A stretch of DNA of 40,207 nt from Oscillospiraceae bacterium (GTDB lineage Bacteria > Bacillota > Clostridia > Oscillospirales > Oscillospiraceae): positions 1 through 40,207 of the forward strand of contig JAVVZC010000001.1 of assembly GCA_036650755.1 (NCBI GenBank), written 5' to 3'. The position numbers and the translations under genes are program-made. The notes under the pieces are model-generated. The model made no database searches, was not told the DNA's origin, and saw nothing but the letters and a program-made list of their open reading frames with translations. Shown here in pieces: positions 18,504 to 27,672 of this stretch; the stretch's first letter is position 1, and each line of letters begins with the position of its first letter.

Positions 18504-19787
18504 CTATGCGTTAAGCGCATTTTCGTCGCGTACTACAAGGGGCGGAGTTCCGTTTGCAACGCAATCCGCTGTAATTGTAACTTTTTTGATTGTGGGGTCG
18601 GAGGGCACCTCAAACATTATGTCGGTCATAAGGTTTTCCATAACGCTGCGCAGACCTCTGGCGCCGATTTTCATGTTGATTGCCTTGTCGGCGATGGCGG
18701 CAAGTGCGTCCTCGTCGAAGTTAAGCTCAACATTATCGTAGCCAAGCAGTGCCTTATATTGGCGGGTAAGCGCGTTTTTAGGCTCCTGCAAAATGCGGAT
18801 AAGGTCCTCACGGCTAAGTGAATTGAGGGGCGCGATAACAGGCAAACGACCGATAAGCTCGGGGATAATTCCAAACTTAAGGAGGTCGTGGGACTGAATT
18901 TCCTGCATAATTGCGCCGGAATCGGCGTCACGGTTGCTCTTGATGTCGCCGCCGAAGCCAATGCTTTTGCGGTTCAGGCGGTTTTCGATGATTTTTTCGA
19001 TGCCGTCGAAGGCGCCGCCGCAGATAAAGAGGATGTTTGTGGTGTCAACCTTGACAAATTCCTGATGGGGGTGCTTTCTGCCGCCTTGGGGCGGAACATT
19101 GGCGACCGTGCCCTCAAGAATTTTTAGGAGAGCCTGCTGAACGCCCTCGCCCGAAACGTCACGGGTGATGGAGGTGTTTTCGCTTTTGCGGGAAATTTTG
19201 TCCATCTCGTCGATGTAGATGATGCCGTGCTCCGCTTTTTCAACGTCAAAATCCGCTGCCTGAAGCAGGCGAAGCAGAATGTTTTCCACATCCTCGCCCA
19301 CGTAGCCCGCCTCGGTAAGGGTGGTTGCGTCGGCAATTGCGAAGGGAACATCAAGCACCTTTGCCATGGTTTGAGCGAAAAGGGTTTTTCCGCTGCCCGT
19401 GGGTCCGATGAGCAAAATGTTGCTTTTTTGGAGTTCGACCTCGTTGTTGTTGCCGTAAAGCACACGCTTGTAGTGGTTGTAAACAGCGACGGAGAGGGTG
19501 GTTTTTGCTTTTGTTTGACCGATGACATAATCGTCCAAAACACCGCGGATATCCGCGGGGCGGGGAAGATTGTCACGATTTAGTCCATAGCTTGCGCCGA
19601 TGTCGTTGCCGGAAGCTGGGTCGCCTTCGTCACCGGGCTTATATTTTTCGTCAACTATGCTCATGCACAGGCGAACACACTCATCACAAATGTATGAGCC
19701 GTTGCCCATAATCATGCGCCCGACGACAGATTGCGGTTTCCCGCAGAAGCTGCAGTGAATGTCTTTGCTGTCATCAAAAAATGCCAT
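18504..19787 (-). CDS. clpX: ATP-dependent Clp protease ATP-binding subunit ClpX
   Basis: Zn-binding CSFCGK...CDEC and Walker [10 protein letters not shown] place the start at ATG 19787 (MAFFDD), preceded by GAGGA; the track's start at 19799 is probably 4 codons early. Confidence 0.95.
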   Translation of the reverse strand: MAFFDDSKDIHCSFCGKPQSVVGRMIMGNGSYICDECVRLCMSIVDEKYKPGDEGDPASGNDIGASYGLNRDNLPRPADIRGVLDDYVIGQTKAKTTLSVAVYNHYKRVLYGNNNEVELQKSNILLIGPTGSGKTLFAQTMAKVLDVPFAIADATTLTEAGYVGEDVENILLRLLQAADFDVEKAEHGIIYIDEMDKISRKSENTSITRDVSGEGVQQALLKILEGTVANVPPQGGRKHPHQEFVKVDTTNILFICGGAFDGIEKIIENRLNRKSIGFGGDIKSNRDADSGAIMQEIQSHDLLKFGIIPELIGRLPVIAPLNSLSREDLIRILQEPKNALTRQYKALLGYDNVELNFDEDALAAIADKAINMKIGARGLRSVMENLMTDIMFEVPSDPTIKKVTITADCVANGTPPLVVRDENALNA

Positions 19788-19826
19788 ATTCATCCTCATT
19801 CATTAGGCGAGGAAAAAAGCCGGAAA

Positions 19827-20411
19827 TTACTGACGCTTATAGATAACCTTATCGATAAGACCATATTCCATAGCTTCCTCGGCACTCATAAAATTGTCGC
19901 GCTCGCAATCGGCAGCGATGGTTTCAACAGGCTTGCCGGTGTTTTCAGCCAGCATTTTGTTGAGCTTTTCCTTCATTTTAAGAATGCGCTTTGCCTGAAT
20001 TTCGATATCGGTAGCTTGCCCTTGGCTTCCGCCGGAGGGCTGGTGAATCATGATTTCGGAGTTGGGGAGCGCCAAGCGCTTGCCCTTTGCTCCGCTGGAG
20101 AGCAGAAAAGCTCCCATGGATGCCGCCATGCCGATGCAGATTGTGGAAACGTCAGCCTTGATATATTGCATAGTATCATAGATTGCCATTCCTGCCGTAA
20201 TGCTGCCGCCGGGGCTGTTGATGTAGAACTGAATGTCCTTGTCGGGATCCTGAGCTTCAAGGAAAAGAAGCTGGGCAACAATCAGACTTGCAGTAGTATC
20301 ATTGACTTCCTCGGACAGCATAACAATACGATCGTTAAGAAGCCGGGAAAAAATATCATACGAGCGCTCTCCGCGAGAGGTCTGCTCAACTACATATGGA
20401 ACTAAACTCAT
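19827..20411 (-). CDS. clpP: ATP-dependent Clp protease proteolytic subunit ClpP
   Basis: [13 protein letters not shown]..., active-site Ser context [11 protein letters not shown], and His context IMIHQP. Confidence 0.95.
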   Translation of the reverse strand: MSLVPYVVEQTSRGERSYDIFSRLLNDRIVMLSEEVNDTTASLIVAQLLFLEAQDPDKDIQFYINSPGGSITAGMAIYDTMQYIKADVSTICIGMAASMGAFLLSSGAKGKRLALPNSEIMIHQPSGGSQGQATDIEIQAKRILKMKEKLNKMLAENTGKPVETIAADCERDNFMSAEEAMEYGLIDKVIYKRQ

Positions 20412-20521
20412 AAAAATTCTCCTTTAATCGTAAAGATTTTGTATCCTGGTAAACATATCCATATCCAAGGTTTATTATTCTGTGTATAGGATTGCTTGCT
20501 GGGTTAAATATTGATAAGACC

Positions 20522-21838
20522 CTATGCCTCGGTCTTGTCTGCTGTTTCGTCCTTTGCAACAGGGGCTGTGGGGACGGCGGTTTCCAAAAGGAGATCGGCG
20601 GCCTTTTTCATCTTCATGTCGTGCTCGATGGAGTCCTGAGGCACGGCTTTTTTGATGTCCTCGACGGTCATGCCGTAGCTCTCGGCAATGCCCTTACAGG
20701 CTTCGTCGATTTCTTCAGCGGTGACTTCGATTTTTTCGGCTTCCACAACTGCTGCAAGCATAAGGTCGGTTTGAACCTGCTTAAGAGCTTGGGGACGGAG
20801 CATGCTTTGGAAGGTGCTGGGGTCCATGCCCATCATGCGGATATATTCCTCAAGCTGCATTCCCTGACCCATAAGGTTGCGGCGATAGTCGTTGATCATC
20901 ATTTCAAGACGGTCATCAACCATTGTTTCGGGAATTTCGCAGGTCATGTTGGCGATTGCCGCCTCGGTGACGTTGAAGGAGAATTCTTCTTCAACATTTT
21001 GGGTGCGCTTTTTGAGAAGCTCCTCGTTGATGGCGACTTTGTAGTCGGCAAGGGTGTCGAACTCGGAAACGTCCTTTGCAAACTCGTCGTCAAGCTCGGG
21101 AAGAATATTTTCGGAAACCTCGTGAACAGTGACCTTGAATACAACGGCTTTGCCGGCAAGGTCTGCATGGTAGGTTTCGGGGAAGGTGATGTTGATTTCT
21201 TTTTCGTCGCCAACGTTCATGCCAACGACCTGCTCCTCAAAGCCGGGAACAAAGGTGTTGGAGCCAAGCTCAAGCTCTTGACCCTCTGCCTTGCCGCCGT
21301 TGAAGCGCTCGCCGTCCATGTAGCCATCGTAGTCGATGAGAACGATGTCGCCGTTTTGTGCAGCACGCTCAACAATGGTCTTGCGGCCATTGCGTTTGCG
21401 CATATCGTCAAGGTAAGCGACGACTGTTTCGTCGGTGATGTTGATTTCTTCCTTGGCAACTTCAAGGTTTTTGTATTGACCAAGTGTGACCTCGGGATAG
21501 AGGGCGGCTTCGATGGTCAAGGTGAGAATTTTTTCGTCGTTAATGTCAACATTTGCGACGCTGGGGCGACCAACGGTGTTCAGCTTTTCGGTTTCGATAG
21601 CGAACTCGTAAGCCTTGGGAGCAATGTCCTCAATGGCGTCGTCGTAAAAAACGTTTTCGCCGTACATACCTTCGATGACCATTCTGGGAGCCTTGCCCTT
21701 GCGGAAGCCGGGCACTGCTATGCTCTTTCTGTTTTTAAGGAATGCGCCGTTAACTGCCTCGGCGAACTCATCCTTGCTGATCTCGATTGTAAGCGAGAGA
21801 CCATTATTTTCTTTCTTTTCAACGTTTTTGACGATCAT
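20522..21838 (-). CDS. tig: Trigger factor
   Basis: Ribosome-binding signature GFRKGKAP, a central FKBP-type PPIase domain and a C-terminal helical arm. AGGAGG SD. Confidence 0.95.
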   Translation of the reverse strand: MIVKNVEKKENNGLSLTIEISKDEFAEAVNGAFLKNRKSIAVPGFRKGKAPRMVIEGMYGENVFYDDAIEDIAPKAYEFAIETEKLNTVGRPSVANVDINDEKILTLTIEAALYPEVTLGQYKNLEVAKEEINITDETVVAYLDDMRKRNGRKTIVERAAQNGDIVLIDYDGYMDGERFNGGKAEGQELELGSNTFVPGFEEQVVGMNVGDEKEINITFPETYHADLAGKAVVFKVTVHEVSENILPELDDEFAKDVSEFDTLADYKVAINEELLKKRTQNVEEEFSFNVTEAAIANMTCEIPETMVDDRLEMMINDYRRNLMGQGMQLEEYIRMMGMDPSTFQSMLRPQALKQVQTDLMLAAVVEAEKIEVTAEEIDEACKGIAESYGMTVEDIKKAVPQDSIEHDMKMKKAADLLLETAVPTAPVAKDETADKTEA

Positions 21839-21906
21839 GGGGTTTTCCTCCTACTATTTCCATCGGAAGTCGATTCTATCCGACGATATCAAATTACATA
21901 AGCTGT

Positions 21907-21935
21907 ATTGTAACAGATGTGACTATCAAATGCAA
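21907..21935 (-). promoter_or_regulatory. Putative promoter of tig
   Basis: Minus strand -35 TTGCAT (21935-21930), 17-nt spacer, -10 TACAAT (21912-21907). Confidence 0.45.
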
Positions 21936-21956
21936 ATACTTTTTATGAACAATGTA

Positions 21957-22649
21957 CTAATCTAAAATTCTTTGTGGGACAAAGTTAACATAGTCCGCGG
22001 AAACCAGTTTGTGCAGGCAGCCTCTGTATTCGCCCTCAAAGGCGTTGCGGAGACTTTTTCCGTGGATATGCCCCGCGCAGCAAAGTGAAACCTCATAGCT
22101 TTTGAGCAGATTTAAAATTTCCTCGCACTCATAGCTGCCGAACTTTGGGGGGTAGTGGAGAAAGACAAGCTTTTGCTTCTCCCCTGCCGCTTTCAGTGAG
22201 GCTTCAAGGCGCATAAGCTCTCGGTTCATGATTTTTTTGTCGTGGCTTGTGCCGGACTCCTCCTCGTAAAACCAACCTCGGGTGCCGCAGATTGCGTGGT
22301 TTTCGCCGTAGGGAAAGCAGTTGTTGTTTAGGATTTCGATGGAGGCTATGCCCTGCTCCTGAAAAAAAGCATTCATTTTTGAGGCTGTTTCCCACCAATA
22401 ATCGTGGTTGCCCTTGAGGATGATTTTCTTACCCGGAAGCTGTTCAACGAACAAAAAATCCTCCAAGGCTTCGGCAAAGTTCATGCCCCAGCTCAGGTCG
22501 CCGCACAAAACCGTTGTGTCCTCGGGCTTAAGGGCGCTGAAAGCGGATTTTAGTTTTTCCTCGTGGTTTTCCCAAGCGGTGCCGAAAATATTCATGGGCT
22601 TGTTCGTTGTGAAGGAAAGATGCAAATCCCCGATAGCGTACAGAGCCAT
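21957..22649 (-). CDS. Metallophosphoesterase family protein
   Basis: MALYAIGDLHLS, GDLSW, GNHDYWW and GHIHG motifs of calcineurin-like phosphoesterases. I place the start at ATG 22649, after GGGAGTG, rather than the track's 22706. Confidence 0.8.
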   Translation of the reverse strand: MALYAIGDLHLSFTTNKPMNIFGTAWENHEEKLKSAFSALKPEDTTVLCGDLSWGMNFAEALEDFLFVEQLPGKKIILKGNHDYWWETASKMNAFFQEQGIASIEILNNNCFPYGENHAICGTRGWFYEEESGTSHDKKIMNRELMRLEASLKAAGEKQKLVFLHYPPKFGSYECEEILNLLKSYEVSLCCAGHIHGKSLRNAFEGEYRGCLHKLVSADYVNFVPQRILD

Positions 22650-22738
22650 AATTTCTTCACTCCCGAATAAAATATTCCTCTCTGCCGATACTAAGAGCAC
22701 CGGCACTGACCGGAATTCGGCATTTGGAGGATTTTATA

Positions 22739-22912
22739 ATGAATAACAATCAAGAAAAATGTATCAGCTGCGTTAATTGCAGTGTCACAGGCTGCACCTA
22801 TCACACGGGCAGCAATTGCTGCAGCGCCGCCCATATCAGCGTTTCGGGCAACACCTCCGCCAATGGTGAAACCCGCTGCCAAACCTTTACGCCCAAGGGC
22901 GGCTGCTGCTAG
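22739..22912 (+). CDS. DUF1540 domain-containing small Cys-rich protein
   Basis: 57 aa with 10 Cys: MNNNQEKCISCVNCSVTGCTYH...NCCSAAHISVSG....ETRCQTF. This is the typical DUF1540 pattern C.V..C.Y.....C.A..I.V......T.C.TF. GGAGGA lies 7 nt before the ATG at 22739; the track's TTG at 22724 is unlikely. Confidence 0.7.
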   Translation: MNNNQEKCISCVNCSVTGCTYHTGSNCCSAAHISVSGNTSANGETRCQTFTPKGGCC

Positions 22913-22938
22913 AAAAAGCGGGGGGAAACTCCCCCGCT
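22913..22938 (-). terminator. Intrinsic terminator of thrC; the hairpin overlaps the thrC stop codon
   Basis: 8-bp stem AGCGGGGG / CCCCCGCT with a 6-nt loop. The A5 run at 22913-22917 gives U5 on the minus strand. Confidence 0.6.
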
Positions 22939-24418
22939 ACATAGTTTGGAGAAATTTTAGAACCGCTTTGTCCATATTTTCCTTTGCAACGCAGTCCGAA
23001 AAGCGTTTTTCACGACTGTCAAGTCCGCTCAGGGGTCGGGGCGCCAAAACGCCGGTAAGCGCTGTCAGGCTTTCGATAAGCTTGCCGCCGGACTTCTTTT
23101 CGCCCTTGCCCAATGCCTCCAAAACGCTGTCCGCGAACTTGAAGGGGCTGGCGGTGGAAACCACCACGGTGGGGAATTTCGGGTCGTTTTTGCGCAGCTT
23201 TTCCAAAACGCCGAAGGCGACGGCGGTGTGGGTGTCCATAAGGTAGTCACTGTTGGAAAACTCACGGTTAATTGCCAGCATCGCTTCATCATCGGCACAG
23301 AAACCGCAGTCAAAGTCACGCTGAAGCTCCGCCAAAACCCCGGCACCCACGTTGTAGCTCCCCTTGATTTTCAGTAGCTCCATCCAATTTTTAACCTGCT
23401 TGTCGTCGGAGAGCAGGAAAAGCAAGCGCTCTAAATTGGAGGAAACCAAAATGTCCATAGAGGGAGAAATGGTGCTGAAAAACTGACGGTTGCGGTCGTA
23501 AAAACCGGTTTTGATAAAGTCGGTCAGCACATTGTTGCTGTTTGAGGCGCAGATGAGCTTGCGAACAGGAAGCCCCATTTTCTTTGCGTAGTAGCCCGCC
23601 AAAATATCGCCGAAATTGCCCGTGGGGACGCAAAAGTCGATTTCGTCACCCATTTTGATTTTTCCCGAATTGACATAGTCGCAATAGGCGGAAAAATAAT
23701 AGACGATTTGCGGCAAAAGTCTGCCCCAGTTGATGGAGTTTGCGGAGGACAAAAACACACCGTTTTCGTTCAGCTTTTCGCTGAAGTCACGGTCGCTGAA
23801 AATCCTTTTAACGCCGTTTTGTGCGTCGTCAAAGTTGCCCTCAACACTGCAAACATAGACGTTGTCGCCCTCTTGGGTGGTCATTTGCAGTTTTTGGACG
23901 TCGGAAACCCCGTCCCGAGGGTAAAAAACCGCGATGGAGGTGCCGGGGACGTTTGCAAAGCCTGCAAGCGCCGCCTTGCCCGTGTCGCCGGAGGTGGCGA
24001 CAAGGATGCAGACCTTTCGGTTTTCGTTCAGCTTTTTCAGAGAGGACACCAGCAAAAGGGGAAGCATTTGCAGTGCCATGTCTTTAAAAGCGCAGGTGGG
24101 GCCGTGCCAAAGCTCCAGCATTCCCGTGGCGTCGTCAAGGAAACGCAGCGGCGCAATTTCGGGGCAGTCAAAGTTTTCGGCATATGCGGAATTGACGAAG
24201 CCCCGAAGCTCGGCTTCCGAAAATTCGTCAAGGAACTTACTCATTATAATTACGGCGCGCTCACGGTAGTTTGCCTTGCAAAGCTCCTTAAGCTCACTTG
24301 CCGAAACGCTTGGGATGGACTCGGGCAGGAAAAGACCGCCGTCGTCGGCAAGCCCCTTTGCGATGGCTTCTGCCGCTGTAACGCTTTTGTTTTTGTCTCT
24401 TGTACTGATGTATTTCAT
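22937..24418 (-). CDS. thrC: Threonine synthase
   Basis: MKYISTRD..., PLP-lysine context HGPTCAFKDMALQ, and about 493 aa, typical of the long ThrC class. I place the start at ATG 24418, after GAGGAG; the track's start at 24442 is probably too early. Confidence 0.9.
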   Translation of the reverse strand: MKYISTRDKNKSVTAAEAIAKGLADDGGLFLPESIPSVSASELKELCKANYRERAVIIMSKFLDEFSEAELRGFVNSAYAENFDCPEIAPLRFLDDATGMLELWHGPTCAFKDMALQMLPLLLVSSLKKLNENRKVCILVATSGDTGKAALAGFANVPGTSIAVFYPRDGVSDVQKLQMTTQEGDNVYVCSVEGNFDDAQNGVKRIFSDRDFSEKLNENGVFLSSANSINWGRLLPQIVYYFSAYCDYVNSGKIKMGDEIDFCVPTGNFGDILAGYYAKKMGLPVRKLICASNSNNVLTDFIKTGFYDRNRQFFSTISPSMDILVSSNLERLLFLLSDDKQVKNWMELLKIKGSYNVGAGVLAELQRDFDCGFCADDEAMLAINREFSNSDYLMDTHTAVAFGVLEKLRKNDPKFPTVVVSTASPFKFADSVLEALGKGEKKSGGKLIESLTALTGVLAPRPLSGLDSREKRFSDCVAKENMDKAVLKFLQTM

Positions 24419-24428
24419 TTGCTTCTCC

Positions 24429-24791
24429 TCACTGAAACGCATTTTCTATGTGGTTGATTTTGAGAGTTTTTGAGGAAACTCCCTCCGGCGCGTAGATTTC
24501 GATAACGTCAAAGCGGGGCTGAAGCGCCGTTTCGTTTTGGGACAGCCACATTGACGCGGTTTTGATGATTTTTTCCTGCTTGCTTCGGGTTACAAATTCC
24601 ATTGCTTGGGCAAAGCCCGCGGATTTTCGCAGCTTTACCTCCACAAAAACGATGTATTTTTTGTTTGCGGCAATGATGTCAATTTCGCCCATGCGGCAGT
24701 AGTAGTTAAGCCCGATGATTTTGTAGTGCTTTTTTTTAAGGTAATTTGCCGCCGCTTCCTCGCCCCAGCGACCGGTCAGCTTTTTGTCCAT
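24429..24791 (-). CDS. yraN: YraN family protein (UPF0102, endonuclease-like fold)
   Basis: [19 protein letters not shown]....GEIDIIA......VFVEVK.R pattern. Conserved position after rnhB. Confidence 0.85.
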   Translation of the reverse strand: MDKKLTGRWGEEAAANYLKKKHYKIIGLNYYCRMGEIDIIAANKKYIVFVEVKLRKSAGFAQAMEFVTRSKQEKIIKTASMWLSQNETALQPRFDVIEIYAPEGVSSKTLKINHIENAFQ

Positions 24792-25396
24792 TGCTTATCC
24801 TCCGACAGGAATTTTTTCAAAAAGGAGGGGCGGTGGATTTCGGAAACGCCAAATTCACGCAGGGCGGCGTAATGGGCGGCGGTGCCGTAGCCCTTGTGTT
24901 TAGCAAAACCGTATTGGGGATATTTTTTGTCAAGCTCCGTCATAAGTCGGTCACGGCTCACCTTTGCCAAAATGGAGGCGGCGGCAATGCTTGCGCATTT
25001 TCCGTCCCCGCCCACGATGGTGCGGCTTTCGCATTTGATGCCCTTGTTTCTGTCCCCGTCGATAAGCGCCAGCGCGGGCGCGGGGGAAAGGCAAGAAATT
25101 GCCCTGTTCATGGCAAGATAGGTGGCGCCCAAAATGTTCAGCTCCTCGATTTCTTCCACGGAGGCAAAAGCGATGCCAAAGGAAACAGCCTCCGCCCTGA
25201 TGATATCAAAAAGCGCCTCACGCCGCTTGGCGCTCAGCTTTTTTGAGTCGTTAAGCCCCGGTATTTCAAGCCCCGGGGGCAAAATGACGGCGGCGGCGCA
25301 GACGGGGCCCGCAAGGGGACCTCTCCCCGCCTCGTCAACTCCGCAGATGGGCGAAACGCCGCTGTTAAGGATTTCGGTTTCAATCTCCCAAAGCAT
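24776..25396 (-). CDS. rnhB: Ribonuclease HII
   Basis: [14 protein letters not shown] and DSKKLS motifs. The real start is ATG 25396 (MLWEIE), preceded by GGGAGAAA. The track's 332-aa ORF is an out-of-frame read-in over ylqF. Confidence 0.9.
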   Translation of the reverse strand: MLWEIETEILNSGVSPICGVDEAGRGPLAGPVCAAAVILPPGLEIPGLNDSKKLSAKRREALFDIIRAEAVSFGIAFASVEEIEELNILGATYLAMNRAISCLSPAPALALIDGDRNKGIKCESRTIVGGDGKCASIAAASILAKVSRDRLMTELDKKYPQYGFAKHKGYGTAAHYAALREFGVSEIHRPSFLKKFLSEDKQWTKS

Positions 25397-26273
25397 TATT
25401 TGTTTCTCCCGCCATTTGGGGCTTTTCAAGAGAAATGCGCCCCAGACGTCCGTCACGAAATTCGTCCAAAAGCACAACGGACATGCGTTCAAGGTCGTAT
25501 TCACCCTTTGAAACAAGGAAGCCGCGGCGCTTTGCCGCCTCCTCCAAAAGCTCAAAGCCGCTGGCTTCGGGCTCGGGCTTAAACTTGTAGCGCTGCTCCA
25601 AATTTTGGGGGTAAAGCTCTCGAAGCCGCAGCATAAGGTTTGAGCAAAGGACTTCCCTGTCCATGATTTCGTCCCGAATTGCGCCGGTGAAGGCAAGGTT
25701 CTCCCCCACCTCCTGACTGTCAAAGCGGGGCCAAAGTATGCCCGGTGTGTCCAAAAGCTCCAAGCCCGCGTCAATGTTTATCCACTGCTTGCCCCGGGTA
25801 ACGCCCGGCTTGTCGGCAGCTTTTGCCGCCTTGCGCTTTGCCACCTTGTTTATAAAGGTGGATTTGCCAACGTTTGGAATTCCCAAAACCATGGCGCGAA
25901 GGGGGCGGGTTGCCTGTCCCTTTGCGGTGTAGCTTTCAATTTTTTCTTTGAGCAGTGAACGAACCGCCCCGGAAAACCCGGAGACGCCCTTACCGCTTTT
26001 GCAGTCGGTTTCCAAAACCTCCAGCCCTTGGGCTTTGTAGAAGCTGCGCCATTGGGCGGTGATTGCGGGGTCGGCTTGGTCAACACGGTTTAGGATGACA
26101 AGGCGGGGCTTTGTGCCCGCAAGGCGCTCGATATCGGGGTTGCGGCTGGAAAATGGAATGCGGGCGTCGATGATTTCGCAGACCGCGTCCACCATTTTCA
26201 TGTTTTCCTCAATCATGCGCTGTGCCTTGGTCATGTGACCGGGGAACCATTGGATGTTCATTTTTTCTGCCAT
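25380..26273 (-). CDS. rbgA: Ribosome biogenesis GTPase YlqF/RbgA (circularly permuted GTPase)
   Basis: WFPGHM, then G4-like NRVD ahead of G1 GIPNVGKST and G3 DTPG. Confidence 0.9.
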   Translation of the reverse strand: MAEKMNIQWFPGHMTKAQRMIEENMKMVDAVCEIIDARIPFSSRNPDIERLAGTKPRLVILNRVDQADPAITAQWRSFYKAQGLEVLETDCKSGKGVSGFSGAVRSLLKEKIESYTAKGQATRPLRAMVLGIPNVGKSTFINKVAKRKAAKAADKPGVTRGKQWINIDAGLELLDTPGILWPRFDSQEVGENLAFTGAIRDEIMDREVLCSNLMLRLRELYPQNLEQRYKFKPEPEASGFELLEEAAKRRGFLVSKGEYDLERMSVVLLDEFRDGRLGRISLEKPQMAGETNNALGD

Positions 26274-26303
26274 AGAACCCTCCTTAGGGACGCTGTAAAT
26301 TTT

Positions 26304-26969
26304 TTAATCCACAAGTCCGAAGCTGCCAATCGGCAAAATTCTCAGAAGCACCTTGCCCATAATGTAGCGCTCATCAACACAGCCGATTGTCGCCTCACGG
26401 CTGTCGGTTGAGCGGTTGCGGTTGTCGCCCATAACGAAAACGTTGTTCTCGGGGACGGTTATTTTTCCTTCAAAGTCAAGGGGTGTCAGCGTGGGCTCCG
26501 CTGTGTATGGCTCCTCCAAGGGCAGGTCGTTTACATAGACGACGCCCGTTTCGAAGTCGATATCCACGGTTTGTCCCTCTGTGGCGATGACCCGCTTGAT
26601 GATGGGCTCCTCCTGAAATTTGAGCTTGCGCAGGACAACAACGTCCCCCTGCTTTGGCTCATAGAACAGCTTGGAGATGATAACGCTGTCCCCATCGTGA
26701 AAGGTCGGAACCATGGACGAACCGATGATACCCACAATTCTCACCAAAAACGCGAAAACCAAAACGCAGAAAAGCAAAGCCGAAACGATGCACTGCATCC
26801 AATCGTAGACCTCACTGCCTGTTTTTTTGATTTTTCCCGAGGAGGGTCCGCCCTCCGCTGTGACCGGCACACGTTCTTCAGCCAGTTCCTCCGCCGCAAA
26901 GCGCTCGTAGTCGAAGCTTTCCACGGGGCTGTTTTCACTTGCTTGTTTTTTGTTGCTGAGATTATCCAT
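26304..26969 (-). CDS. lepB: Signal peptidase I
   Basis: TM anchor, catalytic Ser box GSSMVPT, Lys box KRVIATEG and GDNRNRSTDSR. Confidence 0.9.
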   Translation of the reverse strand: MDNLSNKKQASENSPVESFDYERFAAEELAEERVPVTAEGGPSSGKIKKTGSEVYDWMQCIVSALLFCVLVFAFLVRIVGIIGSSMVPTFHDGDSVIISKLFYEPKQGDVVVLRKLKFQEEPIIKRVIATEGQTVDIDFETGVVYVNDLPLEEPYTAEPTLTPLDFEGKITVPENNVFVMGDNRNRSTDSREATIGCVDERYIMGKVLLRILPIGSFGLVD

Positions 26970-27013
26970 ATAAAAGGTGCCTCCCTTTTAGCAGTTGTAA
27001 CTGTCAAATATAC

Positions 27014-27043
27014 ATTATACTCGAAGTGCCTATGATTAAGCAA
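27014..27043 (-). promoter_or_regulatory. Putative internal promoter upstream of lepB
   Basis: Minus strand -35 TTGCTT (27043-27038), 18-nt spacer, -10 TATAAT (27019-27014). Confidence 0.4.
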
Positions 27044-27111
27044 GGCAAAATTATTAACTTTGCTTTTGGAGGCAAAATATTAGCCTCCGAGGCGAAAAGC
27101 GCCCAAAACGC

Positions 27112-27139
27112 AAAAAAAGAGGCATAAGCCTCTTTTTTT
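27112..27139 (-). terminator. Intrinsic (bidirectional-looking) terminator after rplS
   Basis: Stem AGAGGC / GCCTCT with loop ATAA, flanked by A7 and T7 runs, 8 nt downstream of the rplS stop. Confidence 0.7.
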
Positions 27140-27146
27140 GATGAAG

Positions 27147-27488
27147 TTAAACGCGCTCTTTAACCTTAGCCTTCTTACCGACTCTGTCGCGGAGGTAGTA
27201 AAGCTTTGCTCTGCGAACCTTTCCTTTACGGATAATCTCAACTGAGACTATCGACGGGGAATGAACGGGGAAAACCTTTTCACATCCGACGTTGTTGGAA
27301 ATGCGGCGAACCGTGATGGTTTCGCTAATTCCGCCATGCTTTCTTGCGATGATGGTGCCGTCAAATGCCTGATTTCTCTCGCGTGCGCCTTCTTTGATGC
27401 GGACGGTGACACGGACGGTATCGCCGACGTTCATTTCGGGCAGCTCGGACTTCATGTATTGCTGATTGAGAGTTTGAACTAAATCCAT
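27147..27488 (-). CDS. rplS: 50S ribosomal protein L19
   Basis: 113 aa with ...FDGTIIARKHGGISETITVRRISNNVGCEKVFPVHSP.I..VEIIRKGKVRRAKLYYLR. GGGAGGA SD. Confidence 0.95.
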   Translation of the reverse strand: MDLVQTLNQQYMKSELPEMNVGDTVRVTVRIKEGARERNQAFDGTIIARKHGGISETITVRRISNNVGCEKVFPVHSPSIVSVEIIRKGKVRRAKLYYLRDRVGKKAKVKERV

Positions 27489-27631
27489 TTTTTGTATCCT
27501 CCCTTCGTTGTAAACGTTCGTGCGCGGTAAAGTTCCGCCAGAGGACCGTTCCTTATGGATGCAAAGCGGAGAACAAAATAATGCTCCCGCATAGACTTGA
27601 ACATTTTAACATAAGAGCAGTGGCTTTGCAA
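27489..27631 (-). promoter_or_regulatory. rplS promoter plus a structured 5' leader of about 110 nt (candidate L19 ribosomal-protein leader)
   Basis: Minus strand -35 TTGCAA (27631-27626), 17-nt spacer, -10 TAAAAT (27608-27603). The leader contains hairpin GCGG(G)AG...CTCCGC and a GGCGG...CCGC helix before the SD GGGAGGA. The assignment to the L19-leader family rests on position only. Confidence 0.35.
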
Positions 27632-27672
27632 GGAAATTATTGCAAAAAGCCGAAGTTTTTTGTGGAGGACGC

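Noticed and set aside
20412-20521. I looked for a CtsR operator (tandem GGTCAAA heptads) or a CIRCE element upstream of clpP.
   Set aside because: I found no match to either consensus on either strand in the tig-clpP spacer. No regulatory site is claimed there.
20492-21901. A 469-aa plus-strand ORF, the longest plus-strand ORF in this part of the track.
   Set aside because: It lies exactly antisense to trigger factor. Its G/V/L/F/N-rich low-complexity translation is what a shadow frame of a GC-rich gene looks like. It has no SD and no recognisable motifs. The minus-strand tig assignment is unambiguous.
25397-25774. The 126-codon N-terminal extension of the rnhB ORF (332 aa in the track).
   Set aside because: It is an out-of-frame read-through over ylqF. 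RNase HII homology begins at MLWEIE...GVDEAGRGP, with its own SD.
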